Of a stretch of 64,000 bases of DNA, positions 12,423 to 27,026 are shown one piece after another. Source of the stretch: Octopus sinensis (taxonomy: Eukaryota); assembly GCF_006345805.1 (NCBI RefSeq), contig NC_043011.1:3224001-3288000 (forward strand), written 5' to 3'. The translations under genes were made by a program, and so were the position numbers. Under the pieces are notes generated by a model. The model was not told the DNA's origin. It saw only the letters and a list, made by a program, of their open reading frames with translations, and searched no databases. The first letter of the stretch is position 1. Each line of letters starts with the position of its first letter.

Positions 12423-12644
12423 TCCTTTCTACTATAGAGACAAGGCCTGAAATTTGGTGGGAGGGGACTAGTTGATAACATCAACCCCAATGTTTTACTG
12501 ATACTTAATTTATTGACCCCGAAAGGATGGAAAGCAAAGACAACCGTGACAGAATTTGAACTCAGAACATAGTGATGGATGAAATGGATGAAATACTGCT
12601 AGGCATTTCATCCAGTGTGCTGACAATTCTGCCAGTTCACCACC

Positions 12645-12646
<2 letters not shown>
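12423..12646 (-). mobile_element. SINE family B (decayed); another at ~11535-11840
   Basis: GACCCCGAAAGGATGGAAAGCAAAG..GAATTTGAACTCAGAAC. Confidence 0.75.
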
Positions 12647-12684
<38 letters not shown>

Positions 12685-12753
12685 TGATGATGATGGTGAT
12701 GGTGATGATGATGACGATGATGATGATGATGATGATGATGCAGAGGAGCATAC

Positions 12754-12807
<54 letters not shown>

Positions 12808-13698
12808 TAATTTTAATCTTATTATTAAGAAATACCTAGTAGTATTTGTTCCAGTTGTTTGCATTTGTAGTTGAAATCCCACTGAGATAATTTGTCCATG
12901 CTCTTACCAAAATAGTTGTGTATCACTGAAGTCACACCAACTACTAACAGAAGTATTGGCTGATACCTTAACTGGCACAATGCTTTTAGTTCGATAGACA
13001 GTTTGGGTAATTCTTTAGCTTTCCAGTTTGCTTTTGCACAATCAACGTCTTCCCCATCATCATCATCATCATCATCATCCTTATGAACAACAGCAGCAGC
13101 AACAGCAACAACAACAACAACAACAATGACAGCAACGAGAACAAAAAAATCTTATTAAATATATTCCAACCACGGAAAAGAAAATTTTAACAAAAAAAAA
13201 AAGAAAAGAAATGAAGATATAAAAAAAGAAAGGTTACCAAAAAAATTCAAAGAGTCTCTTTGTGTGAGATTATCTTCTGCTAAACTTATTTTTCCGAGAA
13301 CATAGAAGGAAAATGAAGTCAAGCATTCACATGATGTATTAATAAGATAAGGGCAATGTTGTATCATTTCTTACCAATATTTCTTTTCTTTTCTTCTTTC
13401 GAACACAATTGATTTAAGCAGTCTTTATAACACACAGTCTATTTCTCACCAGTCTACCAATAACTGGCACTATTATTATATTCTAGGGATACCATCTTGC
13501 TACAATTTACAAACTCAACTAGCTATCTCTCGGCAATTTCTGGTTCCACATGACATTGGTGAGAATTTTTTCCTGTTGAAAGATTAAATGGGTAGAATTA
13601 AAGCTGGTTAAATGAGAAAATATCACAACACATTGTCGTCTGTCTGCATGAGATGCATTAATTTGTTAAAGAATTTATTTTTTTTATTTTCTTATCTT

Positions 13699-14108
13699 AG
13701 GCGCAAGAGTGGCTGTGTGGTAAGTAGCTTGCTAACCAACCACATGGTTCTGGGTTCAGTCCCACTGTGTGGCATCTTGGGCAAGTGTCTTCTGCTATAG
13801 CCTCGGGCTGACCAAGGCCTTGTGAGTGGATTTGGTAGATGGAAACTGAAAGAAGCCTGTCGTATATATGTATATATATATATATATATGTGTGTGTCTG
13901 TGTTTGTCCCTCTAGCATTGCTTGACAACCGATGCTGGTGTGTTTACGTCCCCGTCACTTAGCGGTTCGGCAAAAGAGACTGATAGAATAAGTACTGGGC
14001 TTACGAAGAATAAGTCCCGGGGTCGATTTGCTCGACTAAAGGCGGTGCTCCAGCATGGCCGCAGTCAAATGACTGAAACAAGTAAAAGAGTAAAAGAGTA
14101 AAGAGAGA
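13699..14108 (+). mobile_element. SINE family A
   Basis: Full-length match to family consensus. Confidence 0.92.
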
Positions 14109-14374
14109 ATGCTTTCATACTTAAACGCAAACATGTACACACACACACATTCTTGTATTCTCTTACTTGTTTCAGTCATTAGACTGCAGCCATGCAAGAA
14201 AGAAGTAAGAAGTGAACAATTTTAGTGAAACAAATCAACCCTATTACTGATTTTTTAAGCCTGGTACTTATTTTATTGGTCTCTTTTGCTGAACAACTAA
14301 GTTACAGGGATGTAAACACATCCACAGAGTGTCAAATATTGTAATGCACACACACATCATTATCCTCCTCCTCC

Positions 14375-14590
14375 TCATCATCATCGTTTAACGTCCGCTT
14401 TCCATGCTAGCATGGGTTGGACAGTTTGACTGAGGGCTGGCGAACCAGAAGGCTGCACCAGGATTCAGTCTTGATCTGGCAGAGTTTCTACAGCTGGATG
14501 CCCTTCCTAATGCCAACCACTCCGAGAGTGTAGTGGGTGCTTTTACGTGCCACCGGCACGGGGCCCAGTCAGGTGGTACTGGCAATGACT
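14375..14590 (-). mobile_element. (GAT)n-tailed retroelement 3' end
   Basis: CATCGTTTAACGTCCGCTTTCCATGCTAGC.. reverse complement of 5240-5465. Confidence 0.85.
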
Positions 14591-14835
14591 TCGTGTACGT
14601 ACATAGATATATGATGGCATCTTTCCGTTTCCCTCCACCAAATTCACACACAAGGCTTTGCTCAGTCTGAAGCTTGCCCAAGGTACCATGCAATGGGACT
14701 GAACCTAGAATCATGAGTTTGGGAAACAAGCTTCTTATCACACATCCACGTGTGCTCCCATGTTGATTCACCAAGGAGGGCACCAGTATAGTCACAGTCT
14801 AACGACTGAAACGAGTAGAAGAAAGATTATATGCC

Positions 14836-15546
14836 ATTCATTGGACAATAAACCTTACTTGTGAAGACCTATTGAGGCAAGTGAAATTAAAATCAAAATT
14901 ACTGACATGGCTGATGACAGTACCGCCTGATTGGCACTCATGGCAGTGGAATGTTAAAAGCACATCCGAACGTGGGGTGTGACCAACCCACTTATGAGTA
15001 CCCTCATTCATTGGACAATGAACTTTCCTTGTGAACACTTATTGAGGCAAGTGTAAACAAATCAAAATCGCTCACGTGGCCAATGACAGTACCGCCTGAT
15101 TGGCACTCGTTCCAGTGGAACGTTAAAAGCATATCCAAGCGTGATTGTTCCCAGAGCCACGGATTGGCTCATGTGCTAGTGACACGAGAAAAACACCATT
15201 TGAGTGTGATTATTGCCAGCATTTCCTTACCAGTACATGTGCTAATGGCACGTGAAAAACAACATTTGAGCGTGGTTGTTGCCAGTGCCACCGGACTGGC
15301 TCCAGTGCAGGTAGCACATAAAAACACCTTTTGAGCATGGTCATTGCCAGAACTGCCTGATTGGCCCTCATGCTGGTGGCATGTAAAAAGCACCCACTAC
15401 ACTCTCAGGGTGGTTGGCATTAGGAAGGGAATTCAGTTGTAGAGACTTTGCCTGATCAGATTGAGCCTGGTACAGCTTCTGGCTCACCAGTCCTCAGTCA
15501 AACTGTCCAACCCATGCCAGCATGGAAACCAGACATTAAACGATGC

Positions 15547-15598
<52 letters not shown>
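14836..15598 (+). mobile_element. (GAT)n-tailed retroelement 3' UTR with internal ~168-bp duplication
   Basis: TTCATTGGACAAT..TTGAGGCAAGTG twice (14837, 15008); homologous to 4860-5465. Confidence 0.8.
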
Positions 15599-15739
15599 AT
15601 GCAGCTATATATGTGATATAATAATGTCAAGATTAATTTTTTCGCTAGGTATATATTATATACATATTGAAAGTATTAATAGTGAAAGTATTAAACTGAA
15701 AGTATTATCTCACTTTACAATAGAGATGTTATTATTTCA

Positions 15740-15968
15740 CTTTTGACACATAATACTGAAATAGTGTAAGAGATAAGAGATTGCTCCAGACTCGCATTAG
15801 ACAAGAAGTTGAACATTTTTTGGGCCCATGACATTGCATGGAGCCTAAGTAAGGCAAGTTTAAAATTTGAATGAAATCAGTTGCGTAGTTCTCGAGTTTT
15901 AGTGATGCACACATACAGACAGACAGATAAACAGACACACATTCTCAGTTTTATATGTATATAGAGAT
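15740..15968 (-). mobile_element. 5' fragment of non-autonomous Helitron
   Basis: Minus strand starts ATCTCTATATACATATAAAACTGAGAATGTGTGTCTGT..(CTGT)n. Confidence 0.55.
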
Positions 15969-16419
15969 AAGATTTACATTATGCAGAAGTCATTTTTAAA
16001 TCACAAAATCTATTTTACACACTCCTAATTATTTCTTCATGACATCATATACTGCATTAATGCAAAATGTGTCACTGCACTTCTGTGATATGTTCACTGA
16101 CACAGCTCTGCTTAATTTACAGAAAATCAGTTACTGCTTTTCCTTTATAAACCTTAAGAGGTTCTTTTTATTTTTAAAAATTTCATTATTAGATTTCTAT
16201 CGAATGATAGACGTAGTAAATGTCTATTTGAAGTCAGTTTTATTTATAAAGTAATTCTATATTATGGCAAGCTGTCAACCAATCATAGATGTCAGGCCAA
16301 AATGTGGAATATAATTGATTTAAGAAAGTCCTAGAAATGAATGTGCTACATCAAGCCTGACAGTTAAAGAGATTAAGACCTTGATAGACTTAATTTTTGT
16401 ATTTTGTTTGTAAGATTCT

Positions 16420-16810
16420 TTATGTGAAATTGCATGTTGAAACAAATTTTGTTGTGTCTTGGGAGAGTCATTATGCTAATATTATACTAATATTAGTAAT
16501 ACATGTACCAGTTCTATTCCTTTCCTTTATTATTAGTTAATTTGCTAAATATCTAAGCAACTAACTAATCAACCGTGATGGCTTCGGTTGTGCAGCAGGA
16601 AGGTTAGTCACTGAAAATGTTTTGGATGACAACTAAAGAAGTTTCATGAAAAGGAAAAAAATTAACAATTAACTATTTAAACAAATGATGGATTAGTTAG
16701 TTGAGTGGAATTGAACTAGTGCACGTGCTATTAATATTGGTGTAATAACTCTCCCAGGACAGAACAAAGTCCTTCATTGACTTATTTGTTGAAAGAATTG
16801 CAATATGTGT
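16420..16810. mobile_element. Old fold-back/MITE-like inverted repeat
   Basis: TGTCTTGGGAGAGTCATTA..CCAGTTCTATTCC vs GGAATTGAACTAG..TAATAACTCTCCCAGGACA; inner CAACTAACTAATC/GATTAGTTAGTTG. Confidence 0.65.
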
Positions 16811-16945
16811 GTCATTAATTTTACTTCATTGTTACACTAGCGTATCATAGAAAAGGTTAAGAAGAATCATATGCACACTTACTTGACTGTTATATAGCGG
16901 AAAGTGCAAGGGATACTTGAGATGGTAAGAACAGTTACAATGAAA

Positions 16946-17180
16946 ATAAGGTGGCGAGCTGGCAGAATCGTTAGCACGTCGGGTGAAATGCTTAGCGGTA
17001 TTTCGTCTGCCGTTACATTCTGAGTTCAAATTCCGCCAAGGTTGACTTTACCTTTCATCCTTTTGAGGTCGATAAATTAAGTACCAGTTACACACTGGGG
17101 TCGATATAATCGACTTAATCCATTTGTCTGTCCTTGTTTGTCCTCTCTGTGTTTAGCCCCTTGTGGGTAGTAAAGAAATA
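16946..17180 (+). mobile_element. SINE family B, full-length, 22-bp TSD
   Basis: TSD GGTAAGAACAGTTACAATGAAA at 16924-16945 and 17181-17202. Confidence 0.92.
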
Positions 17181-18117
17181 GGTAAGAACAGTTACAATGA
17201 AAAGGGACCTTCACCTATATTTTTTCAGTGTGTTCTCACAAAAACACAAGGTTTCAATCTACAGATTCAATCAGTGTTCAATAAAATCAAAAATTTAAAT
17301 CTAAGAATTTTTTAACATTTTTCACAAATCATTTAAAAACCATTCATAAATGCAAAAGGCTACCAAGTAAAAATGCTATTTAAAATCAAACTACAGTTGT
17401 ACAATATTAGTACTATTATGCAAAGTAAGCAACGAACAACTCAGAACTCTGGAAAACAATCTACTCAGTGATAAATGCTTTTGTAAAGCCGGAGCCTGTT
17501 GTTGCTAAGTATATTTTAAACAAACGACATCAAAGTCAGCTTAGCTTTGATAACTGTTTAACTATAATTCTTCTTTCAGATATGGAAAAAGATAAATATG
17601 AACCACTGTAAAAATCTCTATGTATTACATGACCTGTTAGAAATAGCAACCAAATCTCTCTTCTCAAATGATACCTCACTTATAATTGTGTTTTGATCAG
17701 CCTGTCACTTCAAAACTTTGTAATAGCAACACATATATACTCTGGATGAACTTATAATGCCACTGATCCAACAGTGTGCAACTAGATGCCACATTTTAGG
17801 ATATTTATGCTGTAGAAATACCTGTTGGACAGAGATTTAAAATGAATGTATTATATATAATACTGTCATAAGCAAGCTTTTGATGATGTATAATTTTCTA
17901 TTCTTATTTTTAATCTCTTGAATATACACTCTGTATACTGTTTGAAATCCAAAGAAGCAAACTCAGGATTTACCCATTGGGTGAAATATTGTGTAATTGC
18001 TTACACTAAGATATTTTCTGTAGATGTATATCATTTGATGGGGTTAGCCAAAACCTGGATTATACTAGAGTACTTGTAAGGTACCTATCCAGATTCAAAA
18101 TCCCTATTCCTTATCTT

Positions 18118-18525
18118 GTGTGGTAAGTAGCTTGTCTACCAACCACATGGTTCCGGGTTCAGTCCCACTGTGTGGCACCTTGGGCAAGTGTCTTCTGCTA
18201 TAGCCTCAGGCCGACCAAAGCCTTGTGAGTGGATTTGGTAGACGGAAATTGAAAGAAGCCCGTCGTATATATGTACATATATATATATGTATGTGTGTGT
18301 GTGTGTGTTTGTGTGTCTGTGTTTGTCCCCTAGCATTGCTTGACAACCGATGCTGGTGTGTTTATGTCCCTGTTACTTGGCGGTTCGGTGAAGGAAACCG
18401 ATAGAATAAGTATTGGGCTTACAAAAGAATAAGTCCCGGGATCAAGTTGCTCAACTAAAGGTGGTGCTCCAGCATGGCCGCAGTCAAATGACTGAAACAA
18501 GTAAAAGAGTAAAAGAGTAAAAGAG
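18118..18525 (+). mobile_element. SINE family A
   Basis: Family match. Confidence 0.9.
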
Positions 18526-18779
18526 ATATATATTTGTTCCCAAACAACATTTATTTTAGTATTGTTGACACCATATATATACACACATGATGAGATCTGA
18601 GCCATTGATGTGAAAACCCCCAAAAATACTAACAAGCACACATAATTTTCAGACAAACAGTGATGTAGGTTGCCTCTACCTAAAACAAAAACGAGTTGGA
18701 GACTTAACATCGATCTAAAATGCTTTTGAATGTCATAACATATCCCGGCAACATCTTTTAACCACCGAGTGTTGAAGTG

Positions 18780-20280
18780 CATCCCTTGACCAAGTTTGCG
18801 TACATGAGGCTGATAACATCATAAGACTTGGAAGGCAGCTCCTTGAGCAACATCCTTTGTCTGAGAACCTAGAACACACGCCCAAAGAAGTCGCATGACT
18901 CTACTGCAACGTATCATCAGATGAAAGGATGAACCTATATGAGCAGAAGACTATGCATGGATATGTTACTAGAAAGCTCTGAGATGATAGTAATATTGAT
19001 CAGCAAAACAGTTTATCATGGACCAATAGCCAGATTACTACTTCCCACTTTGAAGGGTATGTGTTTGCAATCCAGGAACAGGAAATATCAATCAAATACT
19101 TGATGCACAAAAGGGATAGAGATGCAAGAAAAGCTGTAAAATGTGACAACTGATGCAGACTTTGTGGAGTTAACACCGGAGATATTCCCCACATCATAAG
19201 CAGTTCTCCAAAAAAGCAGCCATCATAGTGTTATCTGCCGATGAGACACGTTTTTTGTAGCTAGGACATTCTATGATGAAAATCAATGGAAAGGTAACTT
19301 TGAGGACAAAGATATAAGAACCCACAGTATGGCAGAAGCCATAGCCACTCATAATAAAACGGTGAACTTGTGGAATGTCCCAATAAAGATCTCAATAAAA
19401 TGTAAGCACAACAGACCTGTTATATGATTTGGAATAGAGGATAGAGACTGTGAACAGTTGTAGAAATTAGCTGCCCTGTGGATATTAATATAAAGCTGAA
19501 GATCAGTGAAAAAGAGAGTATCTACGCTGACCTATTGATAAATCTGCAGTTACTCTATCCAGATTACAAGTTCTGGTTTATACCTGTAATTATTGGGGCC
19601 CTGGGATATGCAACACTCTGCCTAAATACCAATCTTGAGAAATTAGGCTTCTCATAACCAGAAAAGAGAAAGCTGATTCGAAGACTACTGATCCAATCCA
19701 TCACTGGAACTGTAAAAATCTGTAAAACTTACCAGAAGTTTATCATTTAAATATATATGAGCATATCTAGACATGCAACAATATGCATGAGAATACATAC
19801 ATAAAACAAAACATACAAATCTGCATGCATACATGCATACATACATACATACATACTTGCATACATACATACAAACATACATACATACATACATGCATGC
19901 ATGCATACATACATACATACATACATGCATACATACATACATACATACATACATGCATACATACATACATACATACGTGCATGCATGCCTACATACATGC
20001 ATACATACATACATACATACATGCATGCATGCATTCATGCATACATACTTCCATACATACATGCATACATACATACATACATGCATACATACATACATGC
20101 ATACATACATACATAAATACATACATACATACATGCATACATACATACATACATGCATACATACATACATACATACATACCCTGATGTTGATGTTAAAAT
20201 TCCAATAAAGGAGCCTTGGATCTAAGTTAGAAACCGGCTCTTTGTCTATTGGCAAGAAATCTTGAAATAAAACTGGACAA
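18780..20280 (+). mobile_element. Decayed R4/Dong-type non-LTR retrotransposon 3' end (zinc knuckle + restriction-like endonuclease) with (CATA)n in the 3' UTR
   Basis: HFEGYVFAIQEQEI, CRLCG..IPHIISS, HNRP, VEISCP, IPVIIGALG, GTVKICKT. Confidence 0.82.
19820..20180. repeat. (CATA)n/(CATG) tetranucleotide microsatellite
   Basis: Direct observation. Confidence 0.95.
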
Positions 20281-20921
20281 TGACACACATACATATATAT
20301 GTGTGCGTGTGTTTTTATGTATGCATTTAAATATGTGCAGCAAGCATTTTTTACAGTGCTTCTTCATCTTGGCCATCCTCACATTTCATAACACACTATC
20401 TGTCAAAACATGTATTTATTTTCATATTTACTGAGCCCTCTGCTAAACACATTAGGCAAAAATATTTCTACATTTGAGAAATAATAATTTCCGCTGATAA
20501 AATAATGATCCATTGCAGTAAGTTGATTTTAAATACCATTTTTTCAATTAATTTTGGAGATTAAGGCTCTCTTGTAAAATATTTTAGTGCTATAAATGTC
20601 ATAAAAGATTTATTGATATTTCAGCTCAATTCATATTATTCCAGTTTTCATCTCAGTTTTACTGGTCTTTTTAATCTGTAAACCATTCCTATGATTATCT
20701 CTTCCTGTCTTCTACTGATGACAACCTCACACATTTCATTTAATATGTAGGTCTTTTATGAACACAATTCTGAATGTGGAGAATTAAGTATATGTATATA
20801 TGTATGTATATACATGAATACATACATATATACACACGTATACCTCAGTGAAATAGATTTGTCATTTATAATAAAATCTGTTTATGTCATATATATATAT
20901 ATATATATACATATATATATA

Positions 20922-20954
<33 letters not shown>

Positions 20955-21545
20955 TATACACACACATACACACACACATATATATATACATGCATACATC
21001 CATAAATACATACATATAAACATACATGTATGCATATATAGATACATGCATACATACACACGTACATACATATACACATACATAAATACCCAAACACCCA
21101 TACATACATATGTATTTATATATGTATTTATATATGTATATGTGAATGTGTGAGAAAAACAGATTATATCTTTGAGTGCTTGTGTCTTGTGCAAATGTGT
21201 GTAAAACTTCCAATGAGGGTGTAAATATTTCAATATATATTTTGATATTATGGGAAATTACAGAAATATACACACATTAAGATTTACATAAAATACAACT
21301 GAAATAAATGTTGTAAGTGAACCAAGAGATCAGACAGCTGACCCCATCTCGCTGACCATTTGGCAACATAAAATTACTGCTTTTAACCTTTTGTTTTGCT
21401 ACTTTCTTGTAAACTACTTCACTCCGTTCAGTACTAAAATAGGATTACTGTGTTATCTTCGTACCTCTTTAATGTGCTCTTTCTTATAGATTGTTTGTTT
21501 GTGTGTGTGTGTGTGTCTGTGTGTCCATCTTATAGTGATTTGTAT

Positions 21546-21763
21546 AAGGGCGACGAGCTGGCAGAAACGTTAGCTCGCTGGGCAAAATGCTTAGTGGTAT
21601 TTCGTCTGTTGCTACGTTCTGAGTTCAAATTCCACCGAGGTCGACTTTGCCTTTCGTCCTTTCGAAGTCGATAAATAAAGTACCAGTTTCGCACTGGGGT
21701 CGATGTAATCGACTTAATCCCTTTCCCCTCTGTGTTTAGCCCCTTGTGGGCAATAAAGAAATA
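21546..21763 (+). mobile_element. SINE family B, 15-bp TSD
   Basis: TSD TATAGTGATTTGTAT at 21531 and 21764. Confidence 0.9.
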
Positions 21764-22046
21764 TATAGTGATTTGTATTGTTGGGGACGCAACCTGAAGA
21801 TTTCATTTTCATGTTGTGTATTTAGAGCTTGTGAATTTATTGGACCACTTCCTTTTCCAAACAACAAACTAGGATTTGAACTATGAATTGCAGGCAACCA
21901 AAACTCTCTTGACATGAAATCCCATGAATGATATGATCAAACTGCTGAGATCAGGAGAATGGTAATGCTTAAAGTACTTACATAACTTAAGTTGAATTAA
22001 GCCAGTTGAAAGACTTAAACCTTGACCATGAGTAAAACTCAGCATG

Positions 22047-22360
22047 TGGAGGCACATGGCCTAGTGGTTAGAGCAGCGGACTCGCAGTCGAGGAATCGCA
22101 GGTTTGAATCTCAGACCGTACAATGTGTGTGTTTATGAGCAAAACACCTAAGCTCCACACGGCTCTGGCAGAAGGTAATGGTGAACTTCTGCTGACTCTT
22201 TCGCCACAACTTTCTCTCACTCTTTCCTCCTGTGTCTTGCAGCTCACCTGCGATGGACCAGCTTCCCGTCCAGGTGGGGAACCTATACCCCAAGAAACCG
22301 GGAAACCGGCCCTTATGAGCCGGGCATGGCTCGAGAAGAACAAACAACAACAACAACAAA
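22047..22360 (+). mobile_element. tRNA-derived SINE family C (tRNA-Arg-like head), (CAA)n tail
   Basis: TGGCCTAGTGGTTAGAGCAGCGGACTCGC head; imperfect TSD AAAACTCAGCATG/AAAATTCAACATG. Confidence 0.85.
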
Positions 22361-22759
22361 ATTCAACATGGTATCAGGATATAAAACTTTGGACCCTTTA
22401 GGTCACAGACTTACACCTTATCAAATCACCCAGTTACAGTCATTATAGACTCATCTGAACAGAATAATTGTGACTGGTTGCTGTGTGCACTGAAAAGAAA
22501 TTTAACCCATACAAGTATAAATGTTAAACTTATAATGATTTCTTCCTCAAGCCATCTCTAAACCATCAAGACTAATCCAGCAATGACGAAGCAAAAGTTA
22601 TCTAATCTAAGATTTCTGACAAGCTGTTTAAGCTGTTTATTTTCAAAACATCAGGTAGTTAAGTTGGCAAATAATATTTCCCTTCCATAAAAATGGAGAA
22701 TGAAAAAAGTTTCTACAGTCTCAAAGAAAGAGATTGTGTTTTAGATTTTCAGTTTTAAT

Positions 22760-23166
22760 ACTCTCTTTTACTCTTTTACTTGTTTCAGTCATTTGACTGC
22801 GGCCATGCTGGAGCACTGCCTTTAATCGAGCAACTCGACCCCGGGACTTATTCTTTTGTAAGCCCAGTACTTATTCTATCGGTCTCTTTAGCCGAACCGC
22901 TAAGTAACAGGGACATAAACACAACAGCACCGATTGTCAAGCAATGCTAGGGGGACAAACATAGACACAAATACACACACGCATATATATATATATATAT
23001 ACATATATACGACGGGCTTCTTTCAATTTCCATCTACCAAATCCACTCACAAGGCTTTGGTCGGCCCGAGGCTATAGTAGAAGACACTTGCCCAAGGTGC
23101 CACGCAGTGGGACTGAACCCGGAACCATGTGGTTTGGTAGACAAGCTACTTACCACACAGCCACTC
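22760..23166 (-). mobile_element. SINE family A
   Basis: Family match. Confidence 0.92.
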
Positions 23167-24075
23167 ATTTAACTTCTTTTATAATTTGCCGATAGTCATT
23201 AAGTAGGAAGTATACTTTACAGTTACCTTGCCAAGGAATTGACCACTTCTGCTGCACTAACATAATCTGTGTACCAAGCTAGATATTCTCCATTGTCATG
23301 ACAAATATCACTGATTATCATCTGTCGTACATGCCTGGAATTCTGATGAGCTTGTTCAGTTGGATAGACATGTAGAAATATCACTTAAGTGTGGCTCAAG
23401 CTTTGGGTTGATTTAATTAAGAATTACATAACCAATTGCTTGTCTACTTATAATGAAGAACACAAATACCAAATGTATAATATCAACTACAATGGATCGA
23501 GGTAAATGTAATTTACTTTGAGTTCTATTCAGTACTATTTGGATTCTTTCCTAAAAATACATCATGAGGTCAACCATCTTACATTACAAAATATTGATAA
23601 ATATTATTTGATATCTAATGTAATAACGTTTCTTTCTTCAACTGACAACAATGTTTTCAGCGTATCAGATGAAGAATTTATTGATTCTGCATGATAGTTT
23701 GGCTGATACAGGAAGCAAGTTAAAGAGCTTCCAGCTTTGAGGTATGAGCGAGTAAAGCAATAAAATAAAGACATGTAGATGTTAGTGAAGCATCGAGGTT
23801 TGCCACTTCCAAGATTCAATAGAACAGATTCTACTTCATCTATTACCACATTTACTGTCAGAGATAATTCTTAGACTGCTACTTAGTCATTTTGTCACGT
23901 CTTCCTGTTCACTTTTTCACATAACAACGTTTCTGAGATGATTTACTCCAAATAATAAACGAAAGGAAAATATGTAACAGGTGAAACAAGCTAAAAAAAA
24001 AAGATTCTAATAATTAGTTTTTGTCTTCAGCAGATTCTATTTGCCTGAGAGTTGTCTACACACACACACACACGC

Positions 24076-24114
<39 letters not shown>

Positions 24115-25170
24115 CACACACATACAAGCATGTATAATATGTATAGACATATGTATCATATATGTTAAAATACATAAGCTGACTAAAACAGTTGCACATA
24201 TTAGCACACATGTAGACAGACACACCAAATGTCTCATAGAAATAGGTTTCAATTGGTAAAGTTTTGATGAAATGGCAGAACATTCCCAGAATATAAAAGA
24301 ACAAATCGAGTACAAGCAAGCAGAAAAGTTTATTCTCCGTCAAATTTGCAGTTTGTTAGTTTTTATTTTGTTGACTTCGTAAGACTTTCCATTTATTAAC
24401 TTACACCCACCTCTTCCTCTTTTAATAATTTCTACATTTATTAAACTAGTCTTAATTAGAAAAATAGCTAATTAGAGATGCCCACTAATTTATAAATAAT
24501 CACATTAATTGGTGATAAAGCAAAATTATTCAAATAGTGATTTTTCTAGATTGTTTGTTTATAAAACAATGCAGACACACCTAAATGTTTTAATGTGATA
24601 ACTGGAAATATGTACGTCTGGGTACGTCATTGTCTTTCAATCATCGTTGTCATTGTCGTCATCTTTTTTCATCAATCATATCTTCATCACTTTAACACAA
24701 TTAACCCTCCTGAACTTTATTTTTATGCCTTTTAAATGCCTTTCATCGTTTCAGCATGTTTTTCTAGACTGGCATGATTTTGAAAGGTCAACAACATATC
24801 CTCTTTTCACTCACCTAGTATCCTTGTTAACTAATCTCTGAAGACCAGCATCATTCATAAATCTTGTCTCACTACTTTCTTCCTATGCATTCTTTGTCTT
24901 CCTCTGCTAACCATCCTTTCTACTCTTGGGATAATTTTTCAATCAGTATTTATCGTTCATTTAATTAATTTATCCATACCAACACAGACACCTTTGCTCT
25001 GTCTTTCAAACATTGCTCTGTCTTTCAAGCAAAACATTGTTTAGTAGTGAATAGACGGTACTTGACTTATCTCACCAAAGTGCATGCACACACACACTTG
25101 TATTTTGATATGATGGGAAGTATTATTGCAGAGTCAAATCACAGAGTGTTAGATTATTAGCCAAAGTATT

Positions 25171-25617
25171 ACTCTCTTTACTCTTTTACTCTTTTACTTG
25201 TTTCAGTCATTTGACTGGCCATGCTGGAGCACCGCCTTTAGTTGAGCAAATCGACCCCGGGACTTATTCTTTGTAAGCCCAGTACTTATTCTATCGGTCT
25301 CTTTTGCCGAACCGCTAAGTGACGGGGACGTAAACACACCAGCATCGGTTGTCAAGCAATGCTAGGGGGACAAACACAGACACATATATATGTATGTGTG
25401 TGTGTTTGTGTGTTTGTGTTTGTCCCCCTAGCATTGCTTGACAACCGATGCTGGTGTGTTTACGTCCCTGTTACTTAGCGGTTCGGCAAAAGAGACCGAT
25501 AGAATAAGTACTGGGCTTACAAAGAATAAGTCCCGGGGTCGATTTGCTCAACTAAAGGCGGTGCTCCAGCATGGCCGCAGTCAAATGACTGAAACAAGTA
25601 AAAGTAAAGAAAAAGAA
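25171..25617. mobile_element. Two headless SINE-A 3' halves fused as an inverted repeat at the internal microsatellite
   Basis: 25171-25385 minus-strand tail half; 25395-25617 plus-strand tail half. Confidence 0.88.
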
Positions 25618-26294
25618 TATATAAGGTAAGGTCCAGGAATACAAATGTAGGAAGTTTGTAAGCTTCAAGCAGTTCATGGCATGTAAGGAAACAAGAAGTG
25701 AACATTGTACAATCAGGGAAAATAACAATTTATTGGCATCAAAGGTTACACACTTTTTCCTATATCGAAGTTATATGGGAATTTGACAAGCTGGAAGTTT
25801 CTGTATAGTTCATGGTTAGCAACCAGAGTTGCTACAAATGCAAATAGAAATCCAAATTGAGGGAGAAGACTGGGTAAAATATGTGTATTTCTTAGTTACC
25901 TGATCCTCTAATGTAATAACCACTCAACGAGGAGGTACTCAGGTAATATCAGGTTAAGAATACCTTAATGAAATGAAGGATACGTTGTCACTTGGAATTT
26001 GCAAGTTAAATCAAGTTGACATTGAAATTCCAATATACCTGGCTGTGTGTTGTGTTCTTGAGCAAGACACTTTATTTCACATTGTTCCAGTTGATTCATC
26101 AACATCACTGATGTCAAGCTGTATTGACTTTAGCCTTTCTCTTGAATAACATTGGTGGCATGGAGAGGGGTCGCTGGTATGCATGGGCGATTGCTGGTAT
26201 TCCATAAACAACTTTGTCCAGACTTGTGCCTTGGAGGGTAACTTTCTAAGTGCAGTCCCATGGTCATTCATTACCAAAGGGGGCCTTCACCCAT

Positions 26295-26341
<47 letters not shown>

Positions 26342-27026
26342 TATATATATCATTAATTAGTTACTCATTAATTACATTAATTTCTGAATTACAACTATTT
26401 AGTGGTTTGAGTTTAGCTGCTCTTTCTAGTGGGTCGAATGGCTTATCAAGGCCATTCCTTAATATTGTTAAATATATATATATATATATATATATTATAT
26501 ACATGTGTCATCATCATCATCATTTAACATCTGCCTTCCATGCTGGCATAGGTGGGCTGGTTTGACATGTATATGACACACACATATATGTATATTATTT
26601 TCAAATTTTGGCTCAACTCTGGTAATTTCCAATGAGAGGGATAGTTAATTACATCGACCCCAGTCTTCAACTGGTACCTATTTTATCAACCTGAAAGGAT
26701 GAAATGTTGATAAGCACTTTGCCCAGTGTGCTCATGATTCTGCCAGCTCACACTTTCAACACACACATGCATGCACATGCATTTATACATACATGGTGTG
26801 TCTCCAAGATTCCTACTCTCTCAATTTTGTTATCATGCCTACATGAGTTGGTGAGTCTCCTTCCATGCTGCATGATGCCAATCACCATGGTCCTCTGCCA
26901 TCTCCTTTGTGAGAGATAACCATTAACAACTTCAGATCATTCTTCACAACTTTGTCTCAAGAATTTTTCAGTCTCCTTCCGTGGGTGTGATATTTATATA
27001 TCTGTGTGTGTGTCTGTGATCAGAAG

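Noticed and set aside
22051-22125. tRNA-Arg gene (also 27644-27715)
   Set aside because: No acceptor stem pairing; continues into a SINE body and tail.
23343-23385. CTGATGA...GAAA hammerhead
   Set aside because: No stem II or stem I pairing.
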